From NCBI GenBank assembly GCA_038231275.1, contig JBBRLQ010000014.1, positions 162,274 through 226,273 of the forward strand: a DNA stretch of 64,000 nucleotides. Direction: 5' to 3'. The position numbers and the translations under genes were made by a program. Below the pieces are notes generated by a model. That model was not told the origin of the DNA, searched no databases, and was given only the letters and a program-made list of their open reading frames with translations. Numbering within the stretch: position 1 is the stretch's first letter; each line of letters opens with the position of its first letter. Positions 9,572 through 18,749 of this stretch are shown one piece after another. Source of the DNA: Polyangiales bacterium. Its GTDB lineage: Bacteria; Myxococcota_A; Polyangia; Polyangiales; Polyangiaceae.

Positions 9572-10642
9572 ATGGTGGCTGCTGGCCAGCTCCTCGCTCG
9601 AAAATACCGGGTAGATCGCGTCCTCGGCGAGGGGGGGATGGGGCTCCTGGTCGCCGCGACCGACCTCTCGCGCCACGACCGCGTTGCACTCAAGCTGATG
9701 CGCCCCGAGGCGCTCCAGAGCCCCGAGCTGGTCGAACGTTTCCGTCGTGAGGCGGCCACGGCCGCGCGACTGACGAGCGCCAACGTCGTGCGCGTGCGCG
9801 ACGTCGGTCAGCTCGAGGGCGGCGCTCCGTACCTCGCGATGGAGCTGCTCGAAGGGGAGGACGTCGCCGCCATCCTCGCGCGCTGCGGGCCGATGCCGGT
9901 GACCGGCGCGATCGACATCATCCTCCAGACGTGTGACGCGCTCGCCGAGGCGCACGCGATGGGCATCGTTCACCGCGACGTCTCACCTGCGAACGTCTTC
10001 GTCGCGCGCACGCCGGCCGGCCCGGTCGTCAAGGTGCTCGACTTCGGCGTCGCGACGGCCGGGCCCGTGGGCGGAAACGTCTCGTCGATGACGCGCACCG
10101 GCACCGTCCTCGGCTGCCCGTTCTACGCCTCGCCCGAGCAGCTCCAGAGCTCGAAGCACGTCGACGCGCGGAGCGATCTCTGGTCGGTCGGCGCCGTGCT
10201 CTATGAGCTGCTCACCGGTCATCCCCCCTATGTCGCCGATTCGCTCGGCGGCCTCCTCGGCGCGGTGATGCTCACCGACCCTGCGAAGATCCGCGACACG
10301 CGGCCCGACGTCCCGCCCGAGCTCGAGGCCGTGATCCTGCGCTGCCTCACGCGCGAGCGCGACGGTCGCTTCGCAAGCGCGCGTGAGCTCGGCCTGGCGC
10401 TCGCGCCCTTCCGCGCCCCTCCGCCGTCGCTTCGGCCGCCCAGCCCCGCGCCGCGAAGCCTCGCGCCGTCGCCTCTCCACATGCAGTCGCCCGTCGCTGC
10501 GCCGCGCTCTTCCACGTGGACGATCGCCGTCTCCGTCGTGCTGCTCGCGCTCGTGGTCGCAGCGGCCGTCGGGGTCACATGGGTCCACCGCCACGGCGGC
10601 TTCCGCAAGGTCTACCAGCGGACCAGCGCGCAGCCCCAGTGA
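9572..10642 (+). CDS. Hanks-type Ser/Thr protein kinase with C-terminal TM helix
   Basis: LGEGGMG, VALK, HRDVSPAN, DFG, SPE, DLWSVG. Confidence 0.93.
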   Translation: MVAAGQLLARKYRVDRVLGEGGMGLLVAATDLSRHDRVALKLMRPEALQSPELVERFRREAATAARLTSANVVRVRDVGQLEGGAPYLAMELLEGEDVAAILARCGPMPVTGAIDIILQTCDALAEAHAMGIVHRDVSPANVFVARTPAGPVVKVLDFGVATAGPVGGNVSSMTRTGTVLGCPFYASPEQLQSSKHVDARSDLWSVGAVLYELLTGHPPYVADSLGGLLGAVMLTDPAKIRDTRPDVPPELEAVILRCLTRERDGRFASARELGLALAPFRAPPPSLRPPSPAPRSLAPSPLHMQSPVAAPRSSTWTIAVSVVLLALVVAAAVGVTWVHRHGGFRKVYQRTSAQPQ

Positions 10643-11667
10643 ATCCCGGCGCCGAGGGCGAGCATCATGTTGAGCTCGCCCTTCTTCAGCATGCCCTTGC
10701 GCGTGCACTCGTCGATCAAGATCGGGAGCGTCCCCGCTGACGTGTTGCCGAAGCGCTCGATGTTCATCGGCATGCGTTCCTTGGCCACGCCGAGGTGCTC
10801 GCGGATGTACTCGTTGATGCGCTGGTTGGCCTGGTGGGCGAGGAACCAGTCGATGTCGGCGATCGCCGTGCCCGTCTCTTTGCATAGCGCGCGCGCCGTC
10901 TCGGGGAGCTTCGTCACGGCGAATTTGAAGAGGTCGCGCCCTTCCATGAGCGGCACGTACATCTGATCGTCGAAGTGGTCGGCCTTCCAGTACGGACGCG
11001 TGCGAAAGCCGCCGCCCGGCACGTAGAGGAGCTTCGCCGCGCGCCCGTCGGTGTGCACTTTGATGCCGCGGAGACCCGCGTCGCGATCGGTCGCGCGGAA
11101 GACGAGCGCGCCGGCGCCGTCGCCGAACAGGACGGCGAGCGCGCGGTGCTTGTCGGCCTTGGCCTTCTCTTCGTCCGAGACTTTCCGGTCGGAGCGGCCC
11201 TCGAGCACGTCCCAGTCGTGCCACGGCATGAAGCCGGCGTGCGCCTCTGCGCCGATGAAGAGGATGGTCTTCGCCGCCTTGCTCTGGATGAGCCCGTCGA
11301 CGAGCTGAAGGCCGAAGATCATCGCCGCGCACTGCTGGCGGATGTCGAGCCCCGGCACGCCCGCGATGCCGAGCTTCGCGCCGACGAGCGCTGCCGAGCC
11401 CGGGAAGATGTAATCGGGCGTCATCGTCGCGAAGACGATGTAGTCGATGTCCGCCGGCGAGATGCCCGCGGCCTCGATGGCGCGCTTGGCCGCCTCGACG
11501 CCGAGATCGCTCGCGCCCACGCCCTCTGGCGCGTAGTGGCGCTGGCGGATGCCCGAGCGCTTGTAGATCCACTCGTCGGACGTGTTCATCACGCGCGACA
11601 GATCGTCGTTCGTCACCGGCGTGCCGGGGACGTAGTGGCCGGTGCCGATGATCTCGAACCCAGGCAT
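10612..11667 (-). CDS. fabH: 3-oxoacyl-ACP synthase III family protein
   Basis: Cys (QQCAA), His (AHQAN), Asn (GNTS) triad; LFGDGAGA. Confidence 0.85.
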   Translation of the reverse strand: MPGFEIIGTGHYVPGTPVTNDDLSRVMNTSDEWIYKRSGIRQRHYAPEGVGASDLGVEAAKRAIEAAGISPADIDYIVFATMTPDYIFPGSAALVGAKLGIAGVPGLDIRQQCAAMIFGLQLVDGLIQSKAAKTILFIGAEAHAGFMPWHDWDVLEGRSDRKVSDEEKAKADKHRALAVLFGDGAGALVFRATDRDAGLRGIKVHTDGRAAKLLYVPGGGFRTRPYWKADHFDDQMYVPLMEGRDLFKFAVTKLPETARALCKETGTAIADIDWFLAHQANQRINEYIREHLGVAKERMPMNIERFGNTSAGTLPILIDECTRKGMLKKGELNMMLALGAGIHWGCALVRW

Positions 11668-11720
11668 CGGGCCAGGGTGTTAGATCCGAGGGCGCCCAAA
11701 GGCGAGAAATAATCGTGTCA

Positions 11721-12872
11721 TCATTTGGCCACGCGCAGCACCAGCCCTGCGCCTTTGGCGGCCCAGTAGACGAACTTGTCGTCGAGCGCGATCCCCCACG
11801 GCTGGATCTGACCGGTCGCGAGCGTCGTCACGGTCCCGCCGCCGACCGGGACGCGCTTGAGGGTGCCGTCGCCCTCGTTGGTCCAGTATGCGTAGTTGCC
11901 GTCGACGGCGATGCTGCGCGGCAGGCTCTCGCGAGGCGATAGGACGATCTGCTCGGTGCCGTCGATGTTCACACGCCCGATGGCACCGCCGGCGTCGGCC
12001 GCGGCGTGGCTCGTATAAAAGAGGTAGTTACTGAACACGGCGAGGCCGAACGGCACCGTAGCCTTGGCGACCGAGCTTGTCGTGCCGCCACCGATCGGGA
12101 CGCGCGCGATCTCGCCGTCGAGGACCGCGGTCCAGTAGACGTTGGTGCCGTCGGTGACGAGATCCTTCGGGCTGTTCGTGGGCGACGACAGGACGGTGAG
12201 GCCCGTGCCGTCGACGCCGACGCGTTGGACCGCGCCGGCGTCCGGATCTTCGGTGACGAAGAACACGGAGCTCGTGGTCACCGCGAGGCCGCGCGGCGAC
12301 CCTTGGGGGCCCGTGAGGTCGAGCGGGTTGCCGCCGTCGAGATCGAGCGCCGTGACCACGCCGCCCGTCACGTCGTCGGCGAAGTAGACGCGCGGCCCGG
12401 CGACGCGGATGACCCACGGCGTGCCGAGGCCCTTGGCGATCACCACGCGGCCGCTGCCGTCGGCGTTCGCACGCATCACCGTGCCGCTGCCGCTGTTCGT
12501 CCAGTAGACGACGCCGTCGGACACCGCGACGTACGCGGGGAGGTTCTGCCCCGACGCCACGAGGGTGGGCTGGCATACCGCGCCGAGGCACGCGGCGCCG
12601 ATGCAGTCGTGCCCGCAGGCGCCGCAGTTCTTCGGATCCACTTCGAGCTGCACGTTGCACGCGCTCGTCCCGCACCGCGCGAAGCCCGGCGTGCAGCCAT
12701 CTTCTGCCGGCGCGTCGGGCGGGGGCGCGGCGTCGCCCGCGTCGTCCACCGTTACGTCGGCCATGCTCGCGTCTCCTGCCGCGACGAGAAGGCTCGTGTC
12801 GTAGATGGCGCACGCCGACCACGATGCGCCGGCAAATCCCAGCGCGAAGAGGACGAACGCCGCGCGCTTCAC
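11721..12872 (-). CDS. Lipoprotein with Cys-rich motif and beta-propeller repeats
   Basis: Lipobox-like WSAC; DPKNCGACGHDC; repeated P-x-x-IAVD...YWT units. Confidence 0.78.
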   Translation of the reverse strand: MKRAAFVLFALGFAGASWSACAIYDTSLLVAAGDASMADVTVDDAGDAAPPPDAPAEDGCTPGFARCGTSACNVQLEVDPKNCGACGHDCIGAACLGAVCQPTLVASGQNLPAYVAVSDGVVYWTNSGSGTVMRANADGSGRVVIAKGLGTPWVIRVAGPRVYFADDVTGGVVTALDLDGGNPLDLTGPQGSPRGLAVTTSSVFFVTEDPDAGAVQRVGVDGTGLTVLSSPTNSPKDLVTDGTNVYWTAVLDGEIARVPIGGGTTSSVAKATVPFGLAVFSNYLFYTSHAAADAGGAIGRVNIDGTEQIVLSPRESLPRSIAVDGNYAYWTNEGDGTLKRVPVGGGTVTTLATGQIQPWGIALDDKFVYWAAKGAGLVLRVAK

Positions 12873-12891
12873 AAGGAGAGGATAGCTCGTT

Positions 12892-13803
12892 TCAGGCCCC
12901 TTTGCGGGGGCTCCGCGAGAGGCCGAGCACCGTGAGCGGCTCGTCCGATCGGTCCATCGTGAGGACGTCGCCGATGGTGCTGTCGTAGATGGTGTGGTGG
13001 CCGTCGAGGAAGATCTTCGCCTCGCGCATCTTGCTGCGAAGCTCGATGCGCCCGCCGTCCGGCGCGAGGCCGACGACGAGCTTGAGCGGCACGCCGTACG
13101 GCGTGTACGGCTCGCGAACGACGTACTGGATGCGCCGTGACGACAGCGGCAAGACGCGACCCCCCGCGCTCTTTTGCGCGGCGGTCGAGCCGGCGGCGGG
13201 TCCGATCCAAAGCCCGCTCGAGCGCTGCTCCTCTTCGCCCAGCGCCTCGCCCTTGGGGCCGAAGACGCGCAGAATGTACTTCGACGTCGCGGCCGGAGAC
13301 GCCGCGCAGAAGAGCGCCTCGTTGAGCACGCGCCCGTGGAGGATACGGTCGTTGAGTCGCACGCGCATGCGCGACAGCACCATGCGCTTGAGCGAGCCGT
13401 CGAGCGCGGACTTCAGCGTCGCCAGAACCGAGCCTTTGCGCGCCGCGCAGAAGAAGCCCACAGAGTGCTCCGGCGCGCTGTTGACGCCGAGGAGCGGCAC
13501 GCCCTGACCGATCTGGTGCGACGCGGAAAGGAGCGTCCCGTCGCCGCCGACTGTCACGATCAGGTCGAACGCGCCGACGATGTTGGAGCGAGGCCCGTCG
13601 ACGAAGACCGTCTCCGCCCCGACCTCGGCGAGCGCGGCGCGCACTTCGCGCACCGTGGCCTCGTGATCGTCGTGCGAGCCGCGCATGCGGCGGACCGTGA
13701 CGTCTCCCTTGGCTAGGAGGCTTTTGATGCGCGGATCGCCGTCTTGTTCGACCAGCTTGCGGAAGCTCGTGCGCTTGCAGAGGACGAGGACCTTGAGCGT
13801 CAC
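12892..13803 (-). CDS. nadK: NAD kinase
   Basis: GGDGT, GVN, LNE, AGSTA...SAGG. Confidence 0.88.
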   Translation of the reverse strand: MTLKVLVLCKRTSFRKLVEQDGDPRIKSLLAKGDVTVRRMRGSHDDHEATVREVRAALAEVGAETVFVDGPRSNIVGAFDLIVTVGGDGTLLSASHQIGQGVPLLGVNSAPEHSVGFFCAARKGSVLATLKSALDGSLKRMVLSRMRVRLNDRILHGRVLNEALFCAASPAATSKYILRVFGPKGEALGEEEQRSSGLWIGPAAGSTAAQKSAGGRVLPLSSRRIQYVVREPYTPYGVPLKLVVGLAPDGGRIELRSKMREAKIFLDGHHTIYDSTIGDVLTMDRSDEPLTVLGLSRSPRKGA

Positions 13804-14459
13804 GTCATGACCTCGACGAGTCGCCGCAGCGCGAGCTCGGTCTTCGCGTCGCGCAGCCTCCCGGCGCGCGCGTGCGCGAGGGCGTCGTCCAGCGTCATTT
13901 CGGCGATGTGGGCGCCGCGCTCCAGCGCCGAGCCGTCCTCCGAGGGGACGCGCCGCGCGGCAGGATCGACCTCGACGTGAAAGTACACGTGCCGCTCGCC
14001 GATGATGCCGGGCGCCGGGTAGGTGTACGGGCCGAGCTCGCGAAGCGCCGACGCGTCGAGCGCGTAGCCGAGCTCTTCCTCGAGCTCACGCGCGCCGGCC
14101 TCGCGCGGGGTCTCCCCCGGATCGATCAGCCCGGCCACGGTCTCCCACAGCGCGCCCTCCGCGTCGTCCGGCGCGCCGAGCTCGCGGAAGGTGATCGGCG
14201 GCCGCACGCACGACCTCAAGAACACGTGACGCCCGCCCTCACGCACGAAGTGGGCGAGCACCACCACCGCGTCGAACGACGCGCGATCGCACATGTCGTA
14301 GGCGAACGGCTCACTCTTCGACCCGTCGGGGTACGTTGCGACCACGTCGACACGCTTGAGGTTCAAGAACCCGCCGGTCGCCGCGGCGCCCGCCGTTTTG
14401 TCGCGATGGAGGCGCAGAGCAATCCGCGGCGGGTCGGGGAGGGGAGCCTCGGGCGGCAC
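13800..14459 (-). CDS. NUDIX hydrolase (ADP-ribose pyrophosphatase-like)
   Basis: Nudix box GLIDPGETPREAGARELEEELG; C-terminal DAKT. Confidence 0.88.
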   Translation of the reverse strand: MPPEAPLPDPPRIALRLHRDKTAGAAATGGFLNLKRVDVVATYPDGSKSEPFAYDMCDRASFDAVVVLAHFVREGGRHVFLRSCVRPPITFRELGAPDDAEGALWETVAGLIDPGETPREAGARELEEELGYALDASALRELGPYTYPAPGIIGERHVYFHVEVDPAARRVPSEDGSALERGAHIAEMTLDDALAHARAGRLRDAKTELALRRLVEVMT

Positions 14460-14638
14460 GGGAGGGAAATCGTAGCATTCAATGACTTGCCAAAGGAATA
14501 TCGGGAGAGGATCGGCGCGTACGATTTGCTAGAGTTAATCGCGAGGTAGGCCCTCGCCTCCGTGAACAATTTTTCAAGCAAGGAACTTTGTCGCGTGTCG
14601 AACGTCACAGCCATGAAGAGGATGACCACGTTGGGCGC

Positions 14639-16753
14639 ATGACGACCTCTCTCCGCGACCTCCAGGCGATCGAGCGCGCAGCCCACCGGGCCGAGCGTCG
14701 GCTCCGCCTGAGACGCGCGCTCGCGGCGGGGGCCAAGGCGCTCATTGGCGGCCTCGTCCTCGCGGGCGTCGCGATCGCGCTGCGCAAGGTCCACGTCCTC
14801 GGAGAAGGTCCCGCGCGCGCTGGCGTCGGTGTCGCCGCCGCGCTCGTCGTTGGTGTCACCCTCGCCGCGTACCTCCGCGCGCTCCCCCGTCGCGCCGGCG
14901 CCGTCGCCCTCGATCGCTTCCACGCGCTCTCCGATCGTCTCTCGAGCGCGCTCTCGTTCGGCGAGCTCCCCGAGGCCGAGCGCACGCCGTTCATGGACGC
15001 GGCGATCGACGACGCGCTCACGATCGCCGAGACCGTCGATCCGAGAAAGGCGGTGCCCCTCCGCGCCCCCAAAGATCTCGGCGCCGCCGGCGCGCTCGCG
15101 GTGGCCGTCGCCCTCATCTGCGTCTTCGAGGTGCGCGAGCACGTGAAGCTCGCCTCGCAAAAGACGATCGACGCCGTCGACGTCACCGCCGACGATCTCG
15201 ACGCGATGCGCGAGTTCCTCCGCGAGATGGAGCAGAAGCAGCAGAGCGACGAGGCCAAGGCCGCGACGCAAGAGTTCAATCAGCTCATCGAAGACCTCGC
15301 CGCCAAGCGCCTCGATCGCACCGAGGCCTTCCGCAAGATGCAGTCGCTCGAGGACCGCCTCCTCGAAGGTCGCGAGGCCGACGCGAAGGCCCTCGAAGAG
15401 GCGATGCAGAAGATCGGCGAGGAGATGAAGAAGGCGGAGCTCACCAAGCCCGCCGGCGAAGCCCTCGACAACAAGAACCTCGTCGACGCGGCGAAGCAGC
15501 TCAAAGACCTCGCCAAGAAGCTGCGCGAGCAGGGCGACAAGGTCGACAAGACGCAGCTCGAAAAGATGCGCGACGCGCTGAAGAAGGCCGCCGAGGATCA
15601 GTCGAAGCGCCAGGAGGCCCTCCAAAAGCGCCGCGAGGAGCTGAAGCAGTCACTCCTTCAGCAGCGCCAGAAGCAACCCGACGGCGGCGCGCAGACGGAG
15701 CAAGAGAAGTCGTTGCTCCAGAAACGTGAGCGCGAGCTCGAGCGCCTCGATCGCGAGACGCAGCAGCAAGAGCAAGTCAAACGCCAGCTCGATCGCCTGG
15801 ATCGCGATCTGCAAAAAGCCGCAGAAGATCTGATGCGCGATCTGGGCCAGGGCGCGAAGGACCTCGAGCAGAGCGCCGAGGACATCAACCGGATGTCCAA
15901 AGACCAGATGTCTCAAGAAGAGAAAGAGCAGCTCCGGCAGAAGCTCCAAGAGCTGCGCGAGATGCTTCGCCAGCAAGGCCAAGGCGGCCAGCAGCAGATG
16001 GTGCGTCTCCGCAAATTCCAACAGCGCGCGCGCGGCCAGTCCGGGCAGGGCGGCGATCCGCAGCAGGGCCAAGGCCAACAAGGTCAAGGCCAACAAGGCG
16101 ACGGCCAGCAGGGCCAGGGACAACAAGGTCAGGGCCAGCAGGGCCAGGGTCAACAAGGCCAAGGTCAGCAAGGCCAAGGCCAGGGCCAGCAGGGACAAGG
16201 TCAGGGGCAAGGCCAAGGTCAGCAGGGTCAAGGCCAGGGACAAGGTCAGGGGCAAGGCCAAGGTCAGGGACAAGGCCAAGGCCAAGGCCAAGGCCAAGGC
16301 CAAGGTGGCTCCGGCGAGACGTGGATCCTCGGACCGAACGGCGAGAAGATCATGATGCTGTCGCAAGGCCAGGGTCAGGGTCAGGGGCAAGGTCAAGGCG
16401 GACAGGGACAGGGCGGTCAACCGAACCCGCGCGGCTGGGGCACCGGCTCGGGCGGCGCGGTGCAAGGTGGCGCCACCAACCCGAAGGTCGGCACGCAAGA
16501 CACCCAAGTCGCGGGCAACGACACCGGTCAAGGAGGGAGCCGCAGCGAGGTCATTCGCGGTGCGGCGGAGAAGGGCTTCGCCTCGCGCGGCTACCAGAAG
16601 GTGTACCGCGAGTACCACTCTGTCGCGGAGGAGACGCTCAACAAGGACGAGATCCCCGGCGGCTACCGTTTCTACGTGCGCAGGTATTTCCAGCTCATTC
16701 GTCCGCGCGACGAGCAGGATCCCCAAGCTCCCCAAGCTCCCCAAGCTCCCTGA
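14639..16753 (+). CDS. Membrane-anchored coiled-coil protein with Gly/Gln-repeat region (first gene of MoxR-vWA operon)
   Basis: Three N-terminal hydrophobic segments, long Q/E/K/L coiled coil, GQ tract, C-terminal IPGGYRFYVRRYF. Confidence 0.82.
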   Translation: MTTSLRDLQAIERAAHRAERRLRLRRALAAGAKALIGGLVLAGVAIALRKVHVLGEGPARAGVGVAAALVVGVTLAAYLRALPRRAGAVALDRFHALSDRLSSALSFGELPEAERTPFMDAAIDDALTIAETVDPRKAVPLRAPKDLGAAGALAVAVALICVFEVREHVKLASQKTIDAVDVTADDLDAMREFLREMEQKQQSDEAKAATQEFNQLIEDLAAKRLDRTEAFRKMQSLEDRLLEGREADAKALEEAMQKIGEEMKKAELTKPAGEALDNKNLVDAAKQLKDLAKKLREQGDKVDKTQLEKMRDALKKAAEDQSKRQEALQKRREELKQSLLQQRQKQPDGGAQTEQEKSLLQKRERELERLDRETQQQEQVKRQLDRLDRDLQKAAEDLMRDLGQGAKDLEQSAEDINRMSKDQMSQEEKEQLRQKLQELREMLRQQGQGGQQQMVRLRKFQQRARGQSGQGGDPQQGQGQQGQGQQGDGQQGQGQQGQGQQGQGQQGQGQQGQGQGQQGQGQGQGQGQQGQGQGQGQGQGQGQGQGQGQGQGQGQGGSGETWILGPNGEKIMMLSQGQGQGQGQGQGGQGQGGQPNPRGWGTGSGGAVQGGATNPKVGTQDTQVAGNDTGQGGSRSEVIRGAAEKGFASRGYQKVYREYHSVAEETLNKDEIPGGYRFYVRRYFQLIRPRDEQDPQAPQAPQAP
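16035..16420 (+). repeat. Coding low-complexity tract encoding (GQ)n/(GQGQQ)n
   Basis: Arrays of CAAGGC/CAGGGC/CAAGGT hexamers. Confidence 0.95.
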
Positions 16754-16756
16754 GCT
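16721..16756 (+). repeat. 9-bp tandem repeat CCCCAAGCT x3 plus a degenerate copy containing the stop codon
   Basis: Read directly; encodes PQAPQAPQAP*. Confidence 0.9.
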
Positions 16757-16783
16757 CCTAATCCAAGACGAAAGACGAGAAAA

Positions 16784-17830
16784 ATGACGACCCACGAAAA
16801 CGCCGCGGCCGTGCGCGCGGAGGTCGAGGAGTTCCGGGCCCACATCAACACGCTGCGGGACGAGATCGCCAAGACGATCGTCGGCAACCGCGAGGTCGTC
16901 GACGGCGTCATCACGTGCATGCTCGCCGGCGGGCACGCGCTCCTCGAAGGCGTCCCGGGCCTCGGCAAGACGATGCTCGTGCGCACGCTGAGCGAGACCT
17001 TGAGCCTCCAGTTCTCGCGCGTGCAGTTCACGCCCGATCTCATGCCGGCGGACATCCTCGGCACGACGGTCATCGACGAGACGCAGCAAGGCCACAAGGC
17101 GTTCGAGTTCCGGAAGGGCCCGGTCTTCACGAACATCCTCCTCGCCGACGAGATCAACCGCGCGACGCCCAAGACGCAGAGCGCGTTGCTCGAGGCGATG
17201 CAGGAGCACCGCGTGAGCGTCGGCAAGAAGACGTTCGTGCTCGAGGAGCCGTTCATCGTCCTCGCGACGCAGAACCCGCTGGAGATGGAAGGCACCTACC
17301 CGCTCCCCGAAGCGCAGCTCGATCGCTTCTTCTTCAAGCTCCACGTTCCGTTCCCGGATCGCGACGAGCTGCACGACATCCTCGATCGCACGACCGGCCT
17401 CGAAGGCACGCATCGCACCGCCGTCCTCGGGCGCGATCAAATCCTCGCGATGCAGAAGCTCGTGCGCCAGGTTCCGGTCGCCCGTCACGTGCAGGACTAC
17501 GCGATCCGCCTGCTCCAAGCCGCGCACCCCGACGGCCCCGACGCGCCCGATCTCGCCAAGCGCTTCGTCCGCTTCGGGCCCAGCCCCCGCGGCGCGCAGG
17601 CGCTCCTCCTCGCCGCGAAGATCCGTGCGCTCTTCGAGGGCCGCTTCGCCGCGAGCATCGACGACGTCCGCACCGCAGCGCTCCCGGCCCTCCGCCACCG
17701 CGTCCTCTTGAACTTCGAGGGCGAGGCCGAAGGCGTGAAGACCGATCAGGTGATCGAGTCGATCCTGAAGTCGATCCCCGAGACGAAGGCGGGCAGCACG
17801 GCCGCGGAGAAGACGGTTGGGGCTAATTGA
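16784..17830 (+). CDS. MoxR-family AAA+ ATPase
   Basis: GVPGLGKT, RVQFTPDLMPAD, LLADEINRA, ATQNP, EGTYPLPEAQLDRF. Confidence 0.95.
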   Translation: MTTHENAAAVRAEVEEFRAHINTLRDEIAKTIVGNREVVDGVITCMLAGGHALLEGVPGLGKTMLVRTLSETLSLQFSRVQFTPDLMPADILGTTVIDETQQGHKAFEFRKGPVFTNILLADEINRATPKTQSALLEAMQEHRVSVGKKTFVLEEPFIVLATQNPLEMEGTYPLPEAQLDRFFFKLHVPFPDRDELHDILDRTTGLEGTHRTAVLGRDQILAMQKLVRQVPVARHVQDYAIRLLQAAHPDGPDAPDLAKRFVRFGPSPRGAQALLLAAKIRALFEGRFAASIDDVRTAALPALRHRVLLNFEGEAEGVKTDQVIESILKSIPETKAGSTAAEKTVGAN

Positions 17831-18749
17831 CGCGCTAAGGAGATCCAAGCCGCCCGCCAAGCCCGCGAGCGACGACGATCTCTTCGACGACGAGTTCCAG
17901 CGAAAGCTCGACTACCTGGCGATCGTCAGCCGTCGTGTGTTCGCCGGCCGCATGCGCGCCGAGCGGCGCACCAAGAAGAGCGGCTCGGGCATCGAGTTCG
18001 CCGATCACCGCGAATACCAGCCCGGCGACGACTTTCGCTACCTCGACTGGAACATCTACCAGCGCTTCGACAAGCTGCTCCTTCGCCTCTTCGAAGAAGA
18101 AGAAGATCTCGCCATCTACTTCATCGTCGACGCGAGCGCGTCGATGTCGTTCGGTGACGGCAAGAAGCTCCGCTACGCCAAGCGCGTCGCTGCGGCGCTG
18201 GCGTACGTCGGCCTCGCGAACCTCGATCGCGTGAGCGTCGTCTCGACGAGCGACAAGGTGATGGAGCGCATGCAGCAGACGCGCGGCAAGGCGCGCATCT
18301 TCAAGGTGTTCCGGTTCTTGAAGGAGCTCGAGCCCGCCGGGCAGACCAACCTGGAGACGAGCCTCAAGGGGTTCGTCGCGCAGAACAAGCGGCGCGGCCT
18401 CGCCGTGCTCATCAGCGATCTCTACGATCCGGCGGGCTTCGAGCGCGGGATCAACGTCCTTCGTTACAATAAATTCGATCCGTTCGTCGTCCACATCGTC
18501 GATCCGAACGAGGCGAAGCCCAAGCTGAACGGTGACGTGCTCCTCTACGACTGCGAGACCGGCGACGAGCGCGAGGTCACCGTCACCGCCAAAGTCCTCC
18601 AGCGCTTCACGGAAGTGCACGCCGAGTATTGCGAAGAGATCGCGAAGTTTTGCACGAGCCACCAGGTGCCGTACACGCGCGCCGACGTGAGCGTGCCTTT
18701 CGACGAGCTCATCTTGCGCGTGTTCCGACGCGGCGGATTCCTCCGATGA
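17817..18749 (+). CDS. DUF58 vWA-like MoxR partner
   Basis: GSGIEFADHREYQPGDDFRYLDW, DASASM, ISD. Confidence 0.92.
   Translation: MGLIDALRRSKPPAKPASDDDLFDDEFQRKLDYLAIVSRRVFAGRMRAERRTKKSGSGIEFADHREYQPGDDFRYLDWNIYQRFDKLLLRLFEEEEDLAIYFIVDASASMSFGDGKKLRYAKRVAAALAYVGLANLDRVSVVSTSDKVMERMQQTRGKARIFKVFRFLKELEPAGQTNLETSLKGFVAQNKRRGLAVLISDLYDPAGFERGINVLRYNKFDPFVVHIVDPNEAKPKLNGDVLLYDCETGDEREVTVTAKVLQRFTEVHAEYCEEIAKFCTSHQVPYTRADVSVPFDELILRVFRRGGFLR

Noticed and set aside
10612..10642. Convergent 3' overlaps (kinase/fabH; also gshA/trpF and yihA/anti-sigma) as antisense regulation
   Set aside because: Short tail-to-tail overlaps are routine in compact high-GC genomes; no further support
14466..14549. 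Intergenic + frame reads RERIGAYDLLELIAR*, resembling the start of a Ser/Thr kinase domain
   Set aside because: Too short, AT-rich atypical codons, no GxGxxG afterwards and no good start; better explained as divergent promoter DNA
16035..16420. Repeat arrays (also 48079-48158 and 59795-59846) as CRISPR or non-coding arrays
   Set aside because: All are in-frame coding low-complexity repeats without unique spacers; no cas genes seen
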